From: the human T2T-CHM13v2.0 reference genome, Homo sapiens
NCBI GenBank assembly: GCA_009914755.4
Contig: CP068257.2
Coordinates: 40,544,001 to 40,608,000 of the forward strand
Direction of reading: 5' to 3'
Length of the DNA stretch: 64,000 nucleotides
The notes beneath the pieces are model-generated. The model was not told the origin of the DNA and did not search any database. It saw only the letters and a list, made by a program, of their open reading frames with translations. Each line of letters starts with the position of its first letter. Positions within the stretch are counted from its first letter, which is position 1. Positions 44,278 to 57,995 of the stretch are shown in pieces. Both the position numbers and the translations under genes were made by a program.

Positions 44278-46654
44278 CTACAAACCAATACTAAAATCAA
44301 AACAATACAACTTAAAAAAAATGAAGTGGCACATCATTAATCAGTACAGAACAGCAAATTAAAGCCTTGATGATATGATCATCACATTCCAATCAGAGTG
44401 GCTACATTTTACAGAAACTGACAGTGCAAAGTGAGGGCAAGCACGTGGAGCCACTGGAACTCTCACATTGCAGGCAAGAGTATAAGTCGGTAAAAATTTG
44501 GAAAACTGGTTGATAGCATCCACTAGCATTAAGCACATTCTTGTCCCATAACCTGGCAATTTCTCTGGTAGATTTCACTCAACAAAAATGAATGTTTGTA
44601 TCCACCAAGAGACAGATACAAGAATGCTAGTGGCAACTTTATTTATAATAGCCCCAAACTGAGAACAACCCAAATGTCCACCAATAGGAGAATGAAAAGA
44701 TACTCTCTCACATAAAAGAGTAAACTATGGACTCAAGCACTAACGTGCATGAATCACAAAAACATATGAATGAAAGAAGCCAGACACAAAGTAGTAATAC
44801 TGTATTCCAATTATATAAAGATCAAGAATAAACAAAGCTAATCTATGGTAATTGAAGCCAGAATAATGTTTACCTGTAGAGACAGTAATTGGTTAGGAAA
44901 TGGAAGAGGAACATTTTTACACAATGCAAATGGTCTATATCAGGATCTGGATGGTGAATGTACAGGTGCATAGACATGTAATATTCATCAGACTTTACAG
45001 AAAGATTTGTGCACTTTACTTAAAAAGCAGTCCTTACAGGAAGGAAAAAAAGGGCAGCTTCTGGAGCCACACCCACCTGTTTTGACTCTGGAATTGGGTA
45101 CTTTCTTGCTGTGACCTTGAGCAAGTAAAATAATCTGTGCCTTACTTCCCCACTGTGAATAATAACAGTGTCTGGCTCATGGAGCTGTGATGGGGATTAA
45201 GTGAGTTAATGGATAGACTTCTCAGCACAGAGCACCTAATACAGCCTTCATTCCATTCGTCCTTGTTACCAGGTTTCTGCTAAGCTCCCTTCCAGGGCTG
45301 AGATCTCAGAGGCTTCACCAGCTCACTTTCCCCCACTTTGCTGCAATAATCATTGGCTAGAGGTATTGTGATATGATGTCATTAAAGTTAATCTAGACGA
45401 AAATTTGATTTACCTAAAACTATTACACTGTAGACCTGGAGGAATTTCAGTTTTTGCCGTAATTGTTTTCAATGTGTGTTATAAAAAATAAATTCCACTA
45501 TGTTCACGAATGTACAACTTATAATCTGACCAAAAGTGAGAGATGGGTAGATTTTCCTACTTGGGTCCTTCTGTGGACAGGTACTAGGTGCTGCTTTACG
45601 CCCAGTGACTTGTGAGGGAACAGAACTGCCCTTTAGTAACCCTGCTCACTTCCTGTTTTCTGCAGTAACAATTACATTAGGCAATATTATTACACATGGA
45701 ATTGCATCATGCTGATTTTAAAACAATCCTCCCTGTAGCATTACACAGACACTGAATCATCATTTGTAGTTTGGGGGGCTTTACATGCCTGCAGTGGTGA
45801 AAACTGAAATTTTGTCCCACTTAAGGGAGTTTCTTCTTCCCTTTATTAATTGCAAAATAAATATATGTCACTTCAGAGGGCAGCAGCTGGACTACCTATG
45901 TTTGTGGGTAAGTCACTGACAAAATGCTTTCTAGTAAGAAAATATCTTTAAATATAAATGTATGGAATAAGTGTAATTAACTAGATGTAGATTAAGAAAA
46001 ATGTAAGCCACATCTCCTAGTTCAGGCAGCAATCATTTGTGACTTAAACTGTGATGTAAAGTATCTGTGACCTATACCAGTCAGACACCAAATATTGGTG
46101 AGCTGCCTGGATTTGGGAGATGCAGTGAGAATGAGTCAGAGCCCACGACATGAGGGAGAGAAAGGGGGACCCTGAGGACTTGGGGTCCGGTGTGAGGATC
46201 CTGCACTCGGTTTCTGTGATGGTGTGTGCAGGGGAGTCACAAGTTCAGGTGGGCCTGTGGCAGGGCTGCCCATGGCCCCTGGTGAGCATGTGCGGCCAGC
46301 CGGGCCATGGGGGTGAGGCCGGCTTGGTGGCTTGGATTGCCTACTCCTCTGCAGGGTCCCAACGGGTTTCTAGATCCCTCCAGAGAAGCCTTTGGGTACA
46401 TCCCATGGCTTCCCAGCCTCCCCCTCTCAGCCTGTGAAGAAGAATTCTGATCAAGTGTTGGGCATGAATACAGTCTTCCTGGAAGTGTGGGGCTTTGATT
46501 TGCAACCTTTTTACGTGCAGTCTTCATATATCAGGGGTCCCCAAACTTTTTGGCACCAAGGACTGGTTTCACAGAAGACAATTTTTCCATGGTTTGGGGG
46601 TGGGGTGGAGGGATGCTTTCGGGATGATTCAAATGCAATACTTTTATGTTGCAC

Positions 46655-46945
46655 TTTTTTTTTTTTTTTAGACGGAGTCTCCCTCTGTTGCACTGGAGTG
46701 CAGTGGCATGATCTCGGCTCACTGCACCCTCTGCTTCCTGGGTTCAAGTGATTCTCCTGCCTCAGCCTCCTGAGTAGCTGGGACAACAGGCATGCACCAT
46801 GACGCCCAGCTATCTTTTGTATTTTTAGTAGAGATGGGGCTTCACCATGTTGGCCAGGCTGGTCTCGAACTCCTGACTTCAAGTGATCCACCTGCCTCGA
46901 CCTCCCAAAGTGCTAGGATTACAGGCATGAACCACCACGCCTGGC
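46655..46945 (-). mobile_element. Alu SINE on the minus strand, nested in the DNA-transposon-like element
   Basis: T15 then AGACGGAGTCTCCCTCTGTTGCACTGGAGTGCAGTGGCATGATCTCGGCTCACTGCACCCTCTGCTTCC ... GGCATGAACCACCACGCCTGGCC. Confidence 0.92.
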
Positions 46946-46949
46946 CTAC

Positions 46950-47112
46950 TGTGTTTTTTGTATTTTGTTTTATTCTTATTTTATTGTTTTTCATTTTTCT
47001 TACGTCCCGAGGTACATGTGCAGGATGTGCAGGTTTGTTACATAGGTAAACGTGTGCCATGGTGGTTTGCTGCACCTATCAACCAACCACCTAGGTGTTA
47101 AGCCCAGCATAT
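46950..47112 (-). mobile_element. Short L1 3'-end fragment on the minus strand (tail plus ~110 bp of 3'UTR), nested next to the Alu
   Basis: T-rich tract then cccgaggtacatgtgcaggatgtgcaggtttgttacataggtaaacgtgtgccatggtggtttgctgcacctatcaaccaaccacctaggtgttaagcccagcat, the reverse complement of the L1 3' end. Confidence 0.85.
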
Positions 47113-48671
47113 TGTGCTTTTTTTTTTCACCTCACTTGCCACTATAAAGCCTGCCACCAGATGTAGCTTAACTGTCACTTGCCACTCACTGATAGGGTTT
47201 TGATACGTGTCTGCAAGCAGTTGATTTATTATGGTCTCTGTGCAGTCAAACCTCTCTGCCAATGTTAATCTGTATTTGCAGCCACTCCCCAGCACGAGCA
47301 CCAGCACCTCAGCTCCACCTTAGATCATCAGGCATTAGTTAGATTTAGATTCTCATTAGAAGCGTGCAACCTAGATCCCTTGAGTGCTCAGCTCACAATA
47401 GGGTTTTCACTCCTATGAGAGTCTAATGCCGCCACTGATCTGACAGGAGGGAGAGCTCAAGCCATAAAGCTCCCTCGCTTGCCGCTCACCTCCTGCTGTG
47501 TGGCCCCATTCCTAACGGGCCACGGACTGGTCTGCAGCCCAGGGGTTGGGGACTTGTCTTACATGACAGGGTGAGCTACCCTGAGTTAATCTGAGTGAGC
47601 TTCATTCTGTCGACCTTCTTCCACTCCACCACAGCGCTACACCAACCTGAACTTCGCTTCCTGAGACCTAAGATTCAGCCCCGTGCTCAGCAGACATCAG
47701 GGATCACCGACTCTGTGCCAGGAGCTGTTCTTGATGCTGGGAACGCAGGGGTGGACAAAACAGAGAAAGCCCTGCCCTCAGGTGTGGTCAGAAGAGACAG
47801 GGAAGGATTTGGAAGCTAAAGCTCAGATCCAGACTGGGCTTGTTTCAACTCGTTCCGTGGGCCTGATGTAGTCTAGAGATGATTCTTGGTGTGGGCTGTG
47901 GGAGCTCCTGCGGTGTAGTTTGGTGAGGGGCCAGCCCGAGGCAAACTGGGGACCTGTGTCTCCAACCTTCAGCACTTCTGCCCTTCAGGGTCATCCCTCC
48001 AGGTGCCCCACCCTGGGGACTTGAACTCTGCCCTTGTCCCCCAAACCACCTTACCCTAATGCTGTGGTTCTCCTGGTCCATGCAGGGCGCAGTGTCCTGC
48101 TGAGTGTGCAGGTGCCTGTCCCTGCCCTCTGCAATGTCATCTCCATGCAGCAGCAGCGTTTACCCACGGATGGATCCCCACCCCTGGACCATGCCTGGGT
48201 ACAGGTTTTGTTCCGGTTGGTCTGCTATTGAGTATGGAGGCCAGGGTTCCACTCCAGACCCCTCTGACTCCCCTCACCAGGCTGTTCCCAGAGACTTGTG
48301 AGGGAAGTTGACAATAAATATGTAAATTCAGATGGGTTTCATGTTAGTGAAAACCTGAATATTGAAATATTACAAACCTAGGGTTGAAGATCTCAGGCTG
48401 GTGGGAGTGCCTTTGTGCATGTATCCACCCACTTTTCCTTGCAGAACTTTCTACACAACAATTCAGCACAGGAAGCATGGAGGAGTAAAGCCATCTGGGG
48501 AGAGATGAGCAGTGAAAACCGGGGGCCGGCAGGTTAGAGGAGGGGTGTGATCTCAGGGTGCAACGCTGTTGAATGCACGCCTCCCTCCCCCCATCCCTCT
48601 CTCGGCAGCTCCCAGGCAACTTAGTCACCCCCATCTTAATCTTACTCAACAGTCACAACAGTCTCTCTCCC

Positions 48672-48969
48672 TTTTTTTTTTTCGTTTGAGACAAGGTCTC
48701 GCTCTGTCACCCAGGCTGAAGTACAGGGGCGCGATCACAGCTCACTGCAACCTCTGCCTCCCAGGCTCAAGCGATCCTCCCACCTCAGCCACCTGAGTCG
48801 TTGAGACTACAGGTGCCCACCACCACGCCTGGCTAATTTTTAAAATTTTTTATAGAGATGAGGTCGCACCCTGTTGCTCAGGCTGGTCTTGAACTCCTGG
48901 GCTCAAGCGATCCTCTGGCCTCAGCCTCCCAAAGTGCTGGGATTACAGGTGTGAGCCACAATGCCCAGA
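48672..48969 (-). mobile_element. Alu SINE on the minus strand
   Basis: T12 then CGTTTGAGACAAGGTCTCGCTCTGTCACCCAGGCTGAAGTACAGGGGCGCGATCACAGCTCACTGCAACC... TSD is CAACAGTCACA. Confidence 0.92.
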
Positions 48970-48997
48970 CTTCAACAGTCACAGCTATCTCTTGGTG

Positions 48998-49219
48998 TAG
49001 ACTGTTTGCTATTGGCAAAAGGACAGACACAAAGACCAATGGAACAGAATAGAAAACCCAGAATCACACCCACTCAAAGATACAAAGCAAATCAGTGCAG
49101 GAAGGACAGCTTTTCCAGCAAGCGCTGCTGATGCATTTGGGTATCCACGGGCAGAAAAAAAGAAGAACCTGGACTTAAATTTTCTTATACAAAAGTTAAC
49201 TCAAAATGCATCATAGATG
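48998..49219 (+). mobile_element. L1 ORF2 segment in PLUS orientation. It forms the left arm of an inverted duplication whose partner is 49482-49703 inside the adjacent minus-strand L1.
   Basis: Translates to ..CLLLAKGQTQRPMEQNRKPRITPTQ.YKANQCRKDSFSSK..WVSTGRKKEEPGLKFSYTKVNSKCIIDVEHW, matching L1 ORF2 ..YWQKDR.IDQWNRIE..IYGQLIFDKGAK.IQWGKDSLFNKWCWENW...[21 protein letters not shown]. It is also the reverse complement of 49482-49703 at about 95% identity. Confidence 0.8.
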
Positions 49220-50739
49220 TAGAACATTGGAGAATTTTGAAAGTTCTTCAGGCATTATGAATCCTAATCCTTTGTTGGAGATGAGATTTGCAGATATTTT
49301 CTCCTGGTCTGTTATTAACACTTTTCGTCTTCTTAACAGGGTCTTTCTCAGAGTCAACATTTTTCATTTTGATGTAGTCCCGTTTATCAATTTTTCATTT
49401 TATGGGTCATGCTTTTGGAACTCTTTGGCTCCGTATCCTAAAGATTTCCTCCTAATATTTTTTCCCTGAAAGGTTATTTCACATCTATGATGCATTTTGA
49501 GTTAACTTTTATATAAGAAAATTTAAGTCCAGTTTCTTTTTTTCTGCCCGTGGATACCCAAATGTGTCAGCAGCACTTGCTGGAAAAGCCATCCTTCCTC
49601 CAGTGATTTGCTTTGTATCTTTGAGTGGGTGTGATTCTGGGTTTTCCATTCTGTTCCATTGGTCTTTGCGTCTGTCCTTTTGCCAATAGCAAACAGTCTG
49701 GATTATTGTAGCTATAAAATAAGTCTTGATACCAGGTAAGCTGATTTCTCCTCCTTTATTCTTTGTTTTCAAAATCGTTTCAACTATTCTAACTCCTTGG
49801 CCTTTCTTTAAATTTTAGACTACTCTTGTTTATATATACAGAAAATTTTGCTGGGATTTTAATAGCAATTGCATTAAACATGCATATTTTGTTGATCATT
49901 GATATTTTTACTACGTTAAGTCTTCCAATCTATAAACAGTATTTCTCTCCTTTTTTCTTTAGTTCTTTTTTTACTTCTTTTATCAGGATTTTGTAGGTTT
50001 TAGCATACAAGTCCTGTACCTGTTTTGTTACATTTACTACTAAGTATTGAATTTTGTTTGAGCAGTTGTGAATGGTGTCACGTTTTTAATTCCAGTGTCC
50101 ATGTGTTCATTGACAGAGCATAGAAATAAAATTTATGTATGTTTATCTTGTATCCTGCAACCTTGCTTGAACTCACTTATTGTTTCAGGAGTGCTTTTGT
50201 GGATAGATTGGGATTTCCTAGGTAGACAATCATGTCATTTGAAAATAGAAACAGTTTTGCTTTTTTTTCCCTTTCCAATCTGTCTGCCATTTATTTCCTT
50301 TTCTTGCTTTACCACACTGGCTGGAAATTCCAGCATCATGTTGAATAAGAGTGGTGAAAGCAAACATCCTTGCATTATTTTTGATATTAAGGAGGAAGCA
50401 TTGAGTTGTTCACTATTAATTATATTATTAACTGTAGATTTCTTGATGCTGTTTATCAAGTGGAACTTCTCTATTCTGATTTTTCTGAGTGTTTTAACCA
50501 TGAATGGGTAAAGAATTTTGTCAAGTGCTTTTTCTGCATCAATTGGCATGATCATGTGATTTTTTTCCTCTTTTATCTATTAATATAGTATATTACATTG
50601 ATTGACTTTCAACTATTGAACCAGCCTTACGTCTCTGGAATAAACCCAACTTGAATGTGGTATATAATTTTTAAAATATATTCCTGACTCTGTCTGCTAG
50701 TATTTTGTTTGGGTTTTCTGTATTTATATTCATGAGGGC

Positions 50740-50872
50740 CATTGGTCTGCAGTGTAGTAGTCTTGCTGTGTTGCCCAGGCTGGAGTGCAGTGGCTATTCA
50801 CAGGCATGACAATTGTGTACTAAGGCCTCGAACTCCTGGGCTCAAGAAACCCTCTTGCCTCAGCCAATGATC
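50740..50872 (-). mobile_element. Partial, rearranged Alu fragment on the minus strand
   Basis: tcttgctgtgttgcccaggctggagtgcagtggc...ggcctcgaactcctgggctcaagaaaccctcttgcctcagcc. Confidence 0.7.
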
Positions 50873-51374
50873 AACTATAGTATTTTTAAAAAATATTATA
50901 TTTGTCTGATTTTGATACCTGGGTATGCTAACTAAATAAAATGAATTGAGAAGTATTTCTTCCTCTTCTGTTTTCTGGAGGAGATTGCCTAGAATTAGTG
51001 TTAATTTTTTAAAATGTTTGATAGAATTCTCCAGTGATATCATCTGGGCCTGGAGAATTAGGTGTTGTTTTTGTTGTTTTTTTTTTTTTGAGTTTTCAAA
51101 ACTAAATTCAATGTTCTTAATAGTTATGAGACTATTCAAATAGTCTGTTTATATTCAGTGAGTTGTAGTTTGCATCTTGCGAGGAAGTGGTTCATTTCAT
51201 CTGAGTTGTCAAATGCATGATTGCAGAGTTGTTTGTAGTGTTCCCACATTGTCCTTTGGATGCTTGTGGGATCTGTAGTGATGTCGCTTGCTCCATCCCT
51301 AATATCAGTAATTTGTATCTTCTCTGTTTTTCCTTTGCTCATCTTGCTAGAGGTTTGTCAATTTTATTGATTGT

Positions 51375-51684
51375 GGCCAGACATGGTGGCTCATGCCTGC
51401 AATCCCAGCACTTTGGGAGGCTGAGAAGGGCAGATCACCTGAGGTCAGGAATTCAAGACCAGCCTGGCTAACATGGTAAAAACCTGTCTCTACTAAAAAT
51501 ACAAAAATTAGCTGGGTGTGGTGGTGGGCACCTGTAATCCCAGCTACTTGGAGGCTGAAGCAGGAGAATTGCTTGAACCTGGGAGGCGGAGGTTATGGTG
51601 AGCCAAGATCATGACACTGCGCTCCAGCCTGGGTGACAGAGCAAGACTCCATCTCAAAAAAAAAAAAAGAAAGAAAGAAAAACA
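51375..51684 (+). mobile_element. Alu SINE nested in the minus-strand L1
   Basis: GGCCAGACATGGTGGCTCATGCCTGCAATCCCAGCACTTTGGGAGGCTGAGAAGGGCAGATCACCTGAGGTCAGGAATTCAAGACC... TSD is CAATTT(T)ATTGATT. Confidence 0.92.
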
Positions 51685-52132
51685 ATTTATTGATTATTTC
51701 TAAGAACCAGCTTTGTGTTTCATTGATTTTCTCTACTGGCTTTCTCTTTTCAATTACATTGATTTCTGTGATTATTTGCTTTCTTTTCTGATTTTTCTCT
51801 CCTTTTTCTACATTCTTGAGGTAAGAGTTTCAATTATCATTTTGAGAGTTTTCCTCATTTCCAATGTATATGAATTCAGTGCTATAAATTTCCCTTTCCC
51901 GACTGTTTTAGTTGTGTCCCACAAATTTTGATATTTTTATTTTCATTTTTCATGTATTTTTATTTTCATTTTCATTCAGGTAAATGTATTTTTATTGCCC
52001 TTCAGACTCCCTCTTTGCCTCATAAATTATTTTAAAGTATGTTGTTTGGATTCTAACTGTTCAGAAGTTTTTCTTATATCTTCCTGTTATTGATTTCTAA
52101 TTTGATTTCACTTTGACCAGAAAACACAGTCT

Positions 52133-52586
<454 letters not shown>

Positions 52587-52639
52587 TTATATAAATATTG
52601 ATTAGATCCTATTGATGAATGGTGTTATTGAGTTCTTCT

Positions 52640-52790
52640 ATATCCTGGTACTACAGGCATGGTGCCACCACATCTGGATAATTTTAAAATTTTTTGTAGA
52701 CATGGGACCTCACTATGTTGCCCAGGCTGATCTCAAACTCCTGTGCTGAAGCAATCCTCCTGCCTCAGCCTCTCAAAGTGCTGTCCTTCT
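52640..52790 (-). mobile_element. Alu monomer-like fragment on the minus strand (FLAM/partial Alu)
   Basis: ggcatggtgccaccacatctggataattttaaaattttttgtagacatgggacctcactatgttgcccaggctgatctcaaactcctgtgctgaagcaatcctcctgcctcagcctctcaaagtgctg. Confidence 0.7.
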
Positions 52791-55700
52791 TGATGTTCAA
52801 AGTTTCATTCTTTTACCATTTTATTTATGTTTAAATAACTTCATTTCATCATTATTTTAGGTTATGTCTATGAGTGACACATTTTCTTAGTTTTTCTTTA
52901 TCTGAGAATATCTTGATTTCTGGGTGGCCAGTTTTTTTTTTTTTTCTTTCAGGAAATAAAAAATGTTGTGCTAATTCTTTCTGTCTTCTTCTATTGTTTT
53001 CAGTGAGAAATATGCTGTCATGTAAATTGCTTTTTCCCCTATAGGTAAGGTATTGTTTCTCTCTCATTCCCTTTAAGATTTCTTCTTTGTCTTCCGTTTT
53101 CAGAAATTTGACTGTAATATGTCTTGGTATAGTTTTATTTGGGTTTATTCTGTGTGGAGTTTGCTAAGGTTCTTGAATCTGTAGGTTTATATCTTTTGGT
53201 AAGTTTGAGAGGTTTTCAGCTGTTATTTCTTTGATTACTTTTTAACCCCTCAGCCCCACTTCTGGGCTTCTGTTAGATCTGTATATACAGTCCTACAGGC
53301 CCCTCAAGTTGTGTTCATTTTTTGTTCAGCTTGTTTTTCTCTGTTGTTCAGATTTGATGATTTCTATTGTTCCATTTCCCAGTTTATTAATTTTTTCCTC
53401 TGTACTTTCCATTCTGCTATTAAGCCCATCTGCTGAGTTTTTAATATTGGTAATCCATTCTAAACTTTCTATTTTGTTCTTTTTATCTTCTATTTGTTTG
53501 CTAAGACTTTCTACTTTCTATTTTATTTTTTCAAGTCTGCTCATAATTGCTCACTGAAGCATTTTTATGATGGCTGCTTGTTAACATTTGTTGGATAATT
53601 CTAACACTGCTGTCCTCTTTGCATTGGCATGCATTGATTGGCATCCATCCATTAATTGGCTTCTCTGACATCACTGTGGGAGGGGACGGGGGCACGGCAC
53701 TGCCACCTTACTACCAGGCAAGGGTAGAAGTCCAGGTTCCCTGCTCAGCCTTTGTTGACACCCAAAAGAGGGGCTCCTCATTACCACTGGATGGGGGTTG
53801 AAGTTCTGGCTTTCCATTTGGCCTCTACTGATACCTCCCTAGCTGGGGGAGGTAGAAGACCTTAACTACTGTTCCCCACATGGTCTTCATGACATCACAG
53901 GGTGATGAGTATCCTTGTTACCCTGGGTGGTGGTGAAAGTCCTGACTCTACTGGGTCTCCTGTCACCACCCCAGCAAGGTGGACGAGGAGCTTCTCATTA
54001 GTGCCCAGTGGGAGCAGAAGTCCAGACTTCCTAATTGGCCTTCTCTGACACATATATTATGGCTAGAAGAGTAAGAGTTGGTTTATGTGCCTAATTACAG
54101 CCTGAGGAGGGTGGAAATCTGAACTCCCCACTCTTTCTTTGCTGGCATGGGCAGACATTTGACCACAGTTTATTCTGGAATGTTTGGTTGAAGCAGAGAA
54201 GTTATTGTCTAAAAATTTTCTGTCCTCTAGGTTCCCCTTTTCCTATTCTTTTGGCTAGAGAGAGCAGGCTTTTGTTGGGACTTTTTTTTTTTTTTTTGGT
54301 CTGTGCTCATTTGCATTTCCAGGTTTTCAGCTTCTTCAACTCAAACTCTGGGACATATGATGCAAAACAAAAATCTAGGGACCTCACCACAGTGTGGCTC
54401 TTTGGGTCCCAAGAACCCTGGATGGTTTGCCTTCCTTTTCCTATCTTCTAGAGTCTCCTTATGTTGGTTTTGTGTAATATCCAAGGTTTTGAATTGTGCT
54501 TAGAGGGAGAAGTAGGGAAAAATATGTCTATTCCATCTTCCCACAAGCCTGTCCTATGACCTTGAACAGATTGAACTTGTGCTCCTTGTAGAAATCTGCC
54601 CATTTGGAATAGGTTTGCCGTCTTCACCCAATAAATACCTGATAGCAGTGAACGTGTGGAAAAGATACTTAGCCAGGTGCTAGGAGACCTGGATCCTTTT
54701 TCGGGGCTTTATGGCCCTAAGGAGGTTACAAACCTCAGGGAGCCTCCATTTTCTTTTTTTCATGTAGCAGGATAATTTACTGAGATAATTTATGATGTTA
54801 ATTTTCCCTGCTCTAGCAATTTTCCCCTCCCTTTAAAAAGTAGTCATGTCTTTTTTTCTTTTTTAAAATGAGTTGTTTTTCTCCTAAAGCCTTTAGGGAG
54901 TTGCAGGACCTGAGGCAGAAGTTTCCAGGCATGCAGAAGATAATCTCTCTAATCAAACTTTTGCTTTTGAAAGCTTAGGCTCCACAAGGTGACTGCCCCA
55001 GGCCCTCCTGGAGAGGAGGAATGCAGAGCTGGGGTTCTGGGGGAGGGAGGCAGGAGGGTCAGGAGAAATGTCTCGGAGCCTGGAAAGGGGAGCTGTGGAG
55101 TCTGCAGGCACCAGGAGAGCTCAGAGGTCTCAGGGAGGCAAGAGGACTTCTGCTCAGGTGATCAGGGGGCTGAGTCCACAGAACACTTGAACTGTGGCCT
55201 TTGGAGCCATGGAGAGTTGATCTGGACCTGACCTGGGCTTGGCATGGAGGAGCTGCCTCTGAGGGACCAGGCACAGATCATCTGACTGATAGAAATAGCA
55301 AAATGTGGGCTGCCTGGTGCCTGGTGTGAAAGTGTAAAACCCATGAGGGTCCAGCGATGGCACCTGCCCTCCTACCCCACAGGGCGTTCTGAGGCAAAAT
55401 GCAATCATGCACATTACAACATTTTCTAAAGCACTCGAGGTTGTCCAAACATAACTCATGGTTTTTATTAAGCACCTACTCCAGCTAGGCTCCGTGCTGG
55501 GAATGATGTTAGAGCAAAGCAATATTAGTGAGATGCTGGAATTTATCATCTCTTTGGAGAGATAATGCATATACTGGGTGAAGAAAAAGCTAAGGGTTAG
55601 AGGGTCAATCTAGAAACTACTTGTAAGGATTTTCTCATAGAGTGGCTTTGGGCCTCTGACTTTTAACTTCCTTGTCAAACTGATGATCGTAATCAAGACT

Positions 55701-56997
55701 TCTTAGCTGCAAGTGACTGAAATCTAATTCATACTAGTTCAAGGTCAGAAGGGAGAGTAGAGGATCCCGTAACAAAGAATAATAATAGTGAGCACCAGCA
55801 TTTATAAGATGCACACTATGTGCCGGCCATGGCTTTCAAATGCTGACACCTCTCATCCTTGAAACAGTCTTCTGAGGTGAACAGGATGGATCATCAGCCC
55901 GCTTAATAGCTGAGGTCACAGGGGCACAGAGAAGAACGAGTTTGTTTAAAGAGCCGCCATCTGGCTCTGGGGCCCAGCACTTATCAAAAGTTAAAAATGG
56001 TTGCCCAGCCACTTGGGAAGGGCCAATGATGGACAATGGGTGTGAACTCGGGAGGGCAGGATGTAGGGGCTCCAGCGATGAAAGGGCTGATGAAAGGGCT
56101 TTGTCACTTCCTTCGTCTCCGGCTCTACTTCCCTGGGGGTGTTTACTTAATTCCTAGCCAGACAAACACTCTCCTTACATCAATGCCAAAAGGGAACAGG
56201 GAAAGAAACCCTCTCCCTCTTAGGGTCCAGGAAGTCCCTGCGAGAACTCTGATGGCCCTGCTGGGTTGTGTATCTTTTCCAGAACATCAGTAGTGGCCAG
56301 AGGGATGGAATGTTCTGGGAGGCTCCAGGTGGGGGTTGAGTTCTATGGTTGACCACACGGAGTCAGGGGTGGGAGGTTCCTTGGAGGAAACGTGGGGTAC
56401 ACAGTGGTTCCAGTTACTTCCTAGCAGGTATTTGTTATGGGTGTGATGGGAAGCTTTTAATTATTTGTGGGAAGGAGGCCTCCAGTAATTTTCCGGTATC
56501 TGTCTCTGAGACTTCTGTCTTAATCTTCAACTTTGAAGGTCATCTTGGGGCCAGATGTTATTTACTCTTTCTTCATTTGAAGAAATGGTTTCCTAGATCT
56601 TTCCCAGCCACTCTTGATTCCATGCTAATGGAAGAAAACAAAAGGAATTTGTCTGTAATACTTAACTTGTCTTGTCTTAACTTAATCTATGAAATATCTA
56701 CTTGCAGTTTTTCCCCTGAAACCATCTCTCATCATCTGTCTTGCCACCATAGCTTCCAGGCATCTGCCGCCCCCCTCCCTCCACCCTGCACCTCCCTGCC
56801 TCCTTGATTTCCCTCATCTCATGGCCCCTCCTTTGCACTGACCTCCCACAGGCTGTGTGTGCTTGGTGAAGAAGGGGTCCTCTCTATAGCTGGGCTGGCT
56901 CACCAGAGGAAGCGAAGGAGCGTATCTGGATGCTGGAGACAGAATACCATTGAAGTCAAGAGTGCCAGCAAAATAGGAAACAAACAGTGGAGATTAA

Positions 56998-57314
<317 letters not shown>

Positions 57315-57658
57315 CTCAGCATTCCCATTTCTTTCAAATGAACCAACACACAGAGTTGCTATTTGGTGTATCCAACCAGCCTTATGCTGCTGCCCTCCCT
57401 GATGACATGGTCTCTGTGTCTGACCCACTTTCCCAGGCTTCTGCTTGAAGGGCTAAGGCATGGTTTTCCTCTGCTCCTGTTCTTCTTCCTTTCTCCACTC
57501 ACCTTTCCCTTCCTCCTTCCTTCCTCTCTCTGTCTCTACCTCTCTTCTTTCCTTCCTTACTTTCTCCCTGCTATGATCCAAATGTTGGTATCCTCCCCAA
57601 ATTCATATGTTAGAACCTAATACCCATAGTGACAGCATTAAGAGATGCGATCCTGGGC

Positions 57659-57995
57659 CTGGCCTGGTGGCTCATGCCTGTAATCCCAGCACTTTGGGAG
57701 GCCGAGGCAGGTGGATCACCTGAGGTCAGGAATTCAAGACCAGCCTGGCCAACATGGCGAAATCCTGTCTCTACTAAAAATACAAAAAAAAAAAAAATTA
57801 GCTGGGCACGGTGGCATGCGCTGGTAATTCCAGCTACCTAGGAGGCTGAGGCAGGAGAATCGCTGGAATCTGGGGGGCAGAGGCTGCAGTGGGCCGAGAT
57901 TGTGCCACTGCACTCCAGCCTGGGTGACAGAGCAAGACTCTGTCTTAAAAACAAAAATCAAAAAACAAAACAAAACAAAACAATAACAAAAAAAG
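57659..57995 (+). mobile_element. Alu SINE with a long A/(AAAAC)n tail
   Basis: GGCCTGGCCTGGTGGCTCATGCCTGTAATCCCAGCACTTTGGGAGGCCGAGGCAGGTGGATCACCTGAGGTCAGGAATTCAAGACC... TSD is AAGAGATGCG(A/G)TCCTGGG (18 bp). Confidence 0.93.

Larger units (their letters stand above)
46532..47556. mobile_element. DNA-transposon-like interspersed repeat with inverted termini (CAGGGGTCCCCAAACTTTTTGGCACC... / ...GGGGTTGGGGAC), disrupted by a nested Alu and an L1 3' fragment
   Basis: Termini and internal motifs (gaagacaatttttccatgg..., agatcatcaggcattagttagat...tctaatgccgccactgatctgacaggag...ctcacctcctgctgtgtggcccc...cctaacgggccacggac) match a common human repeat consensus recalled from memory. Family name uncertain. 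Confidence 0.55.
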
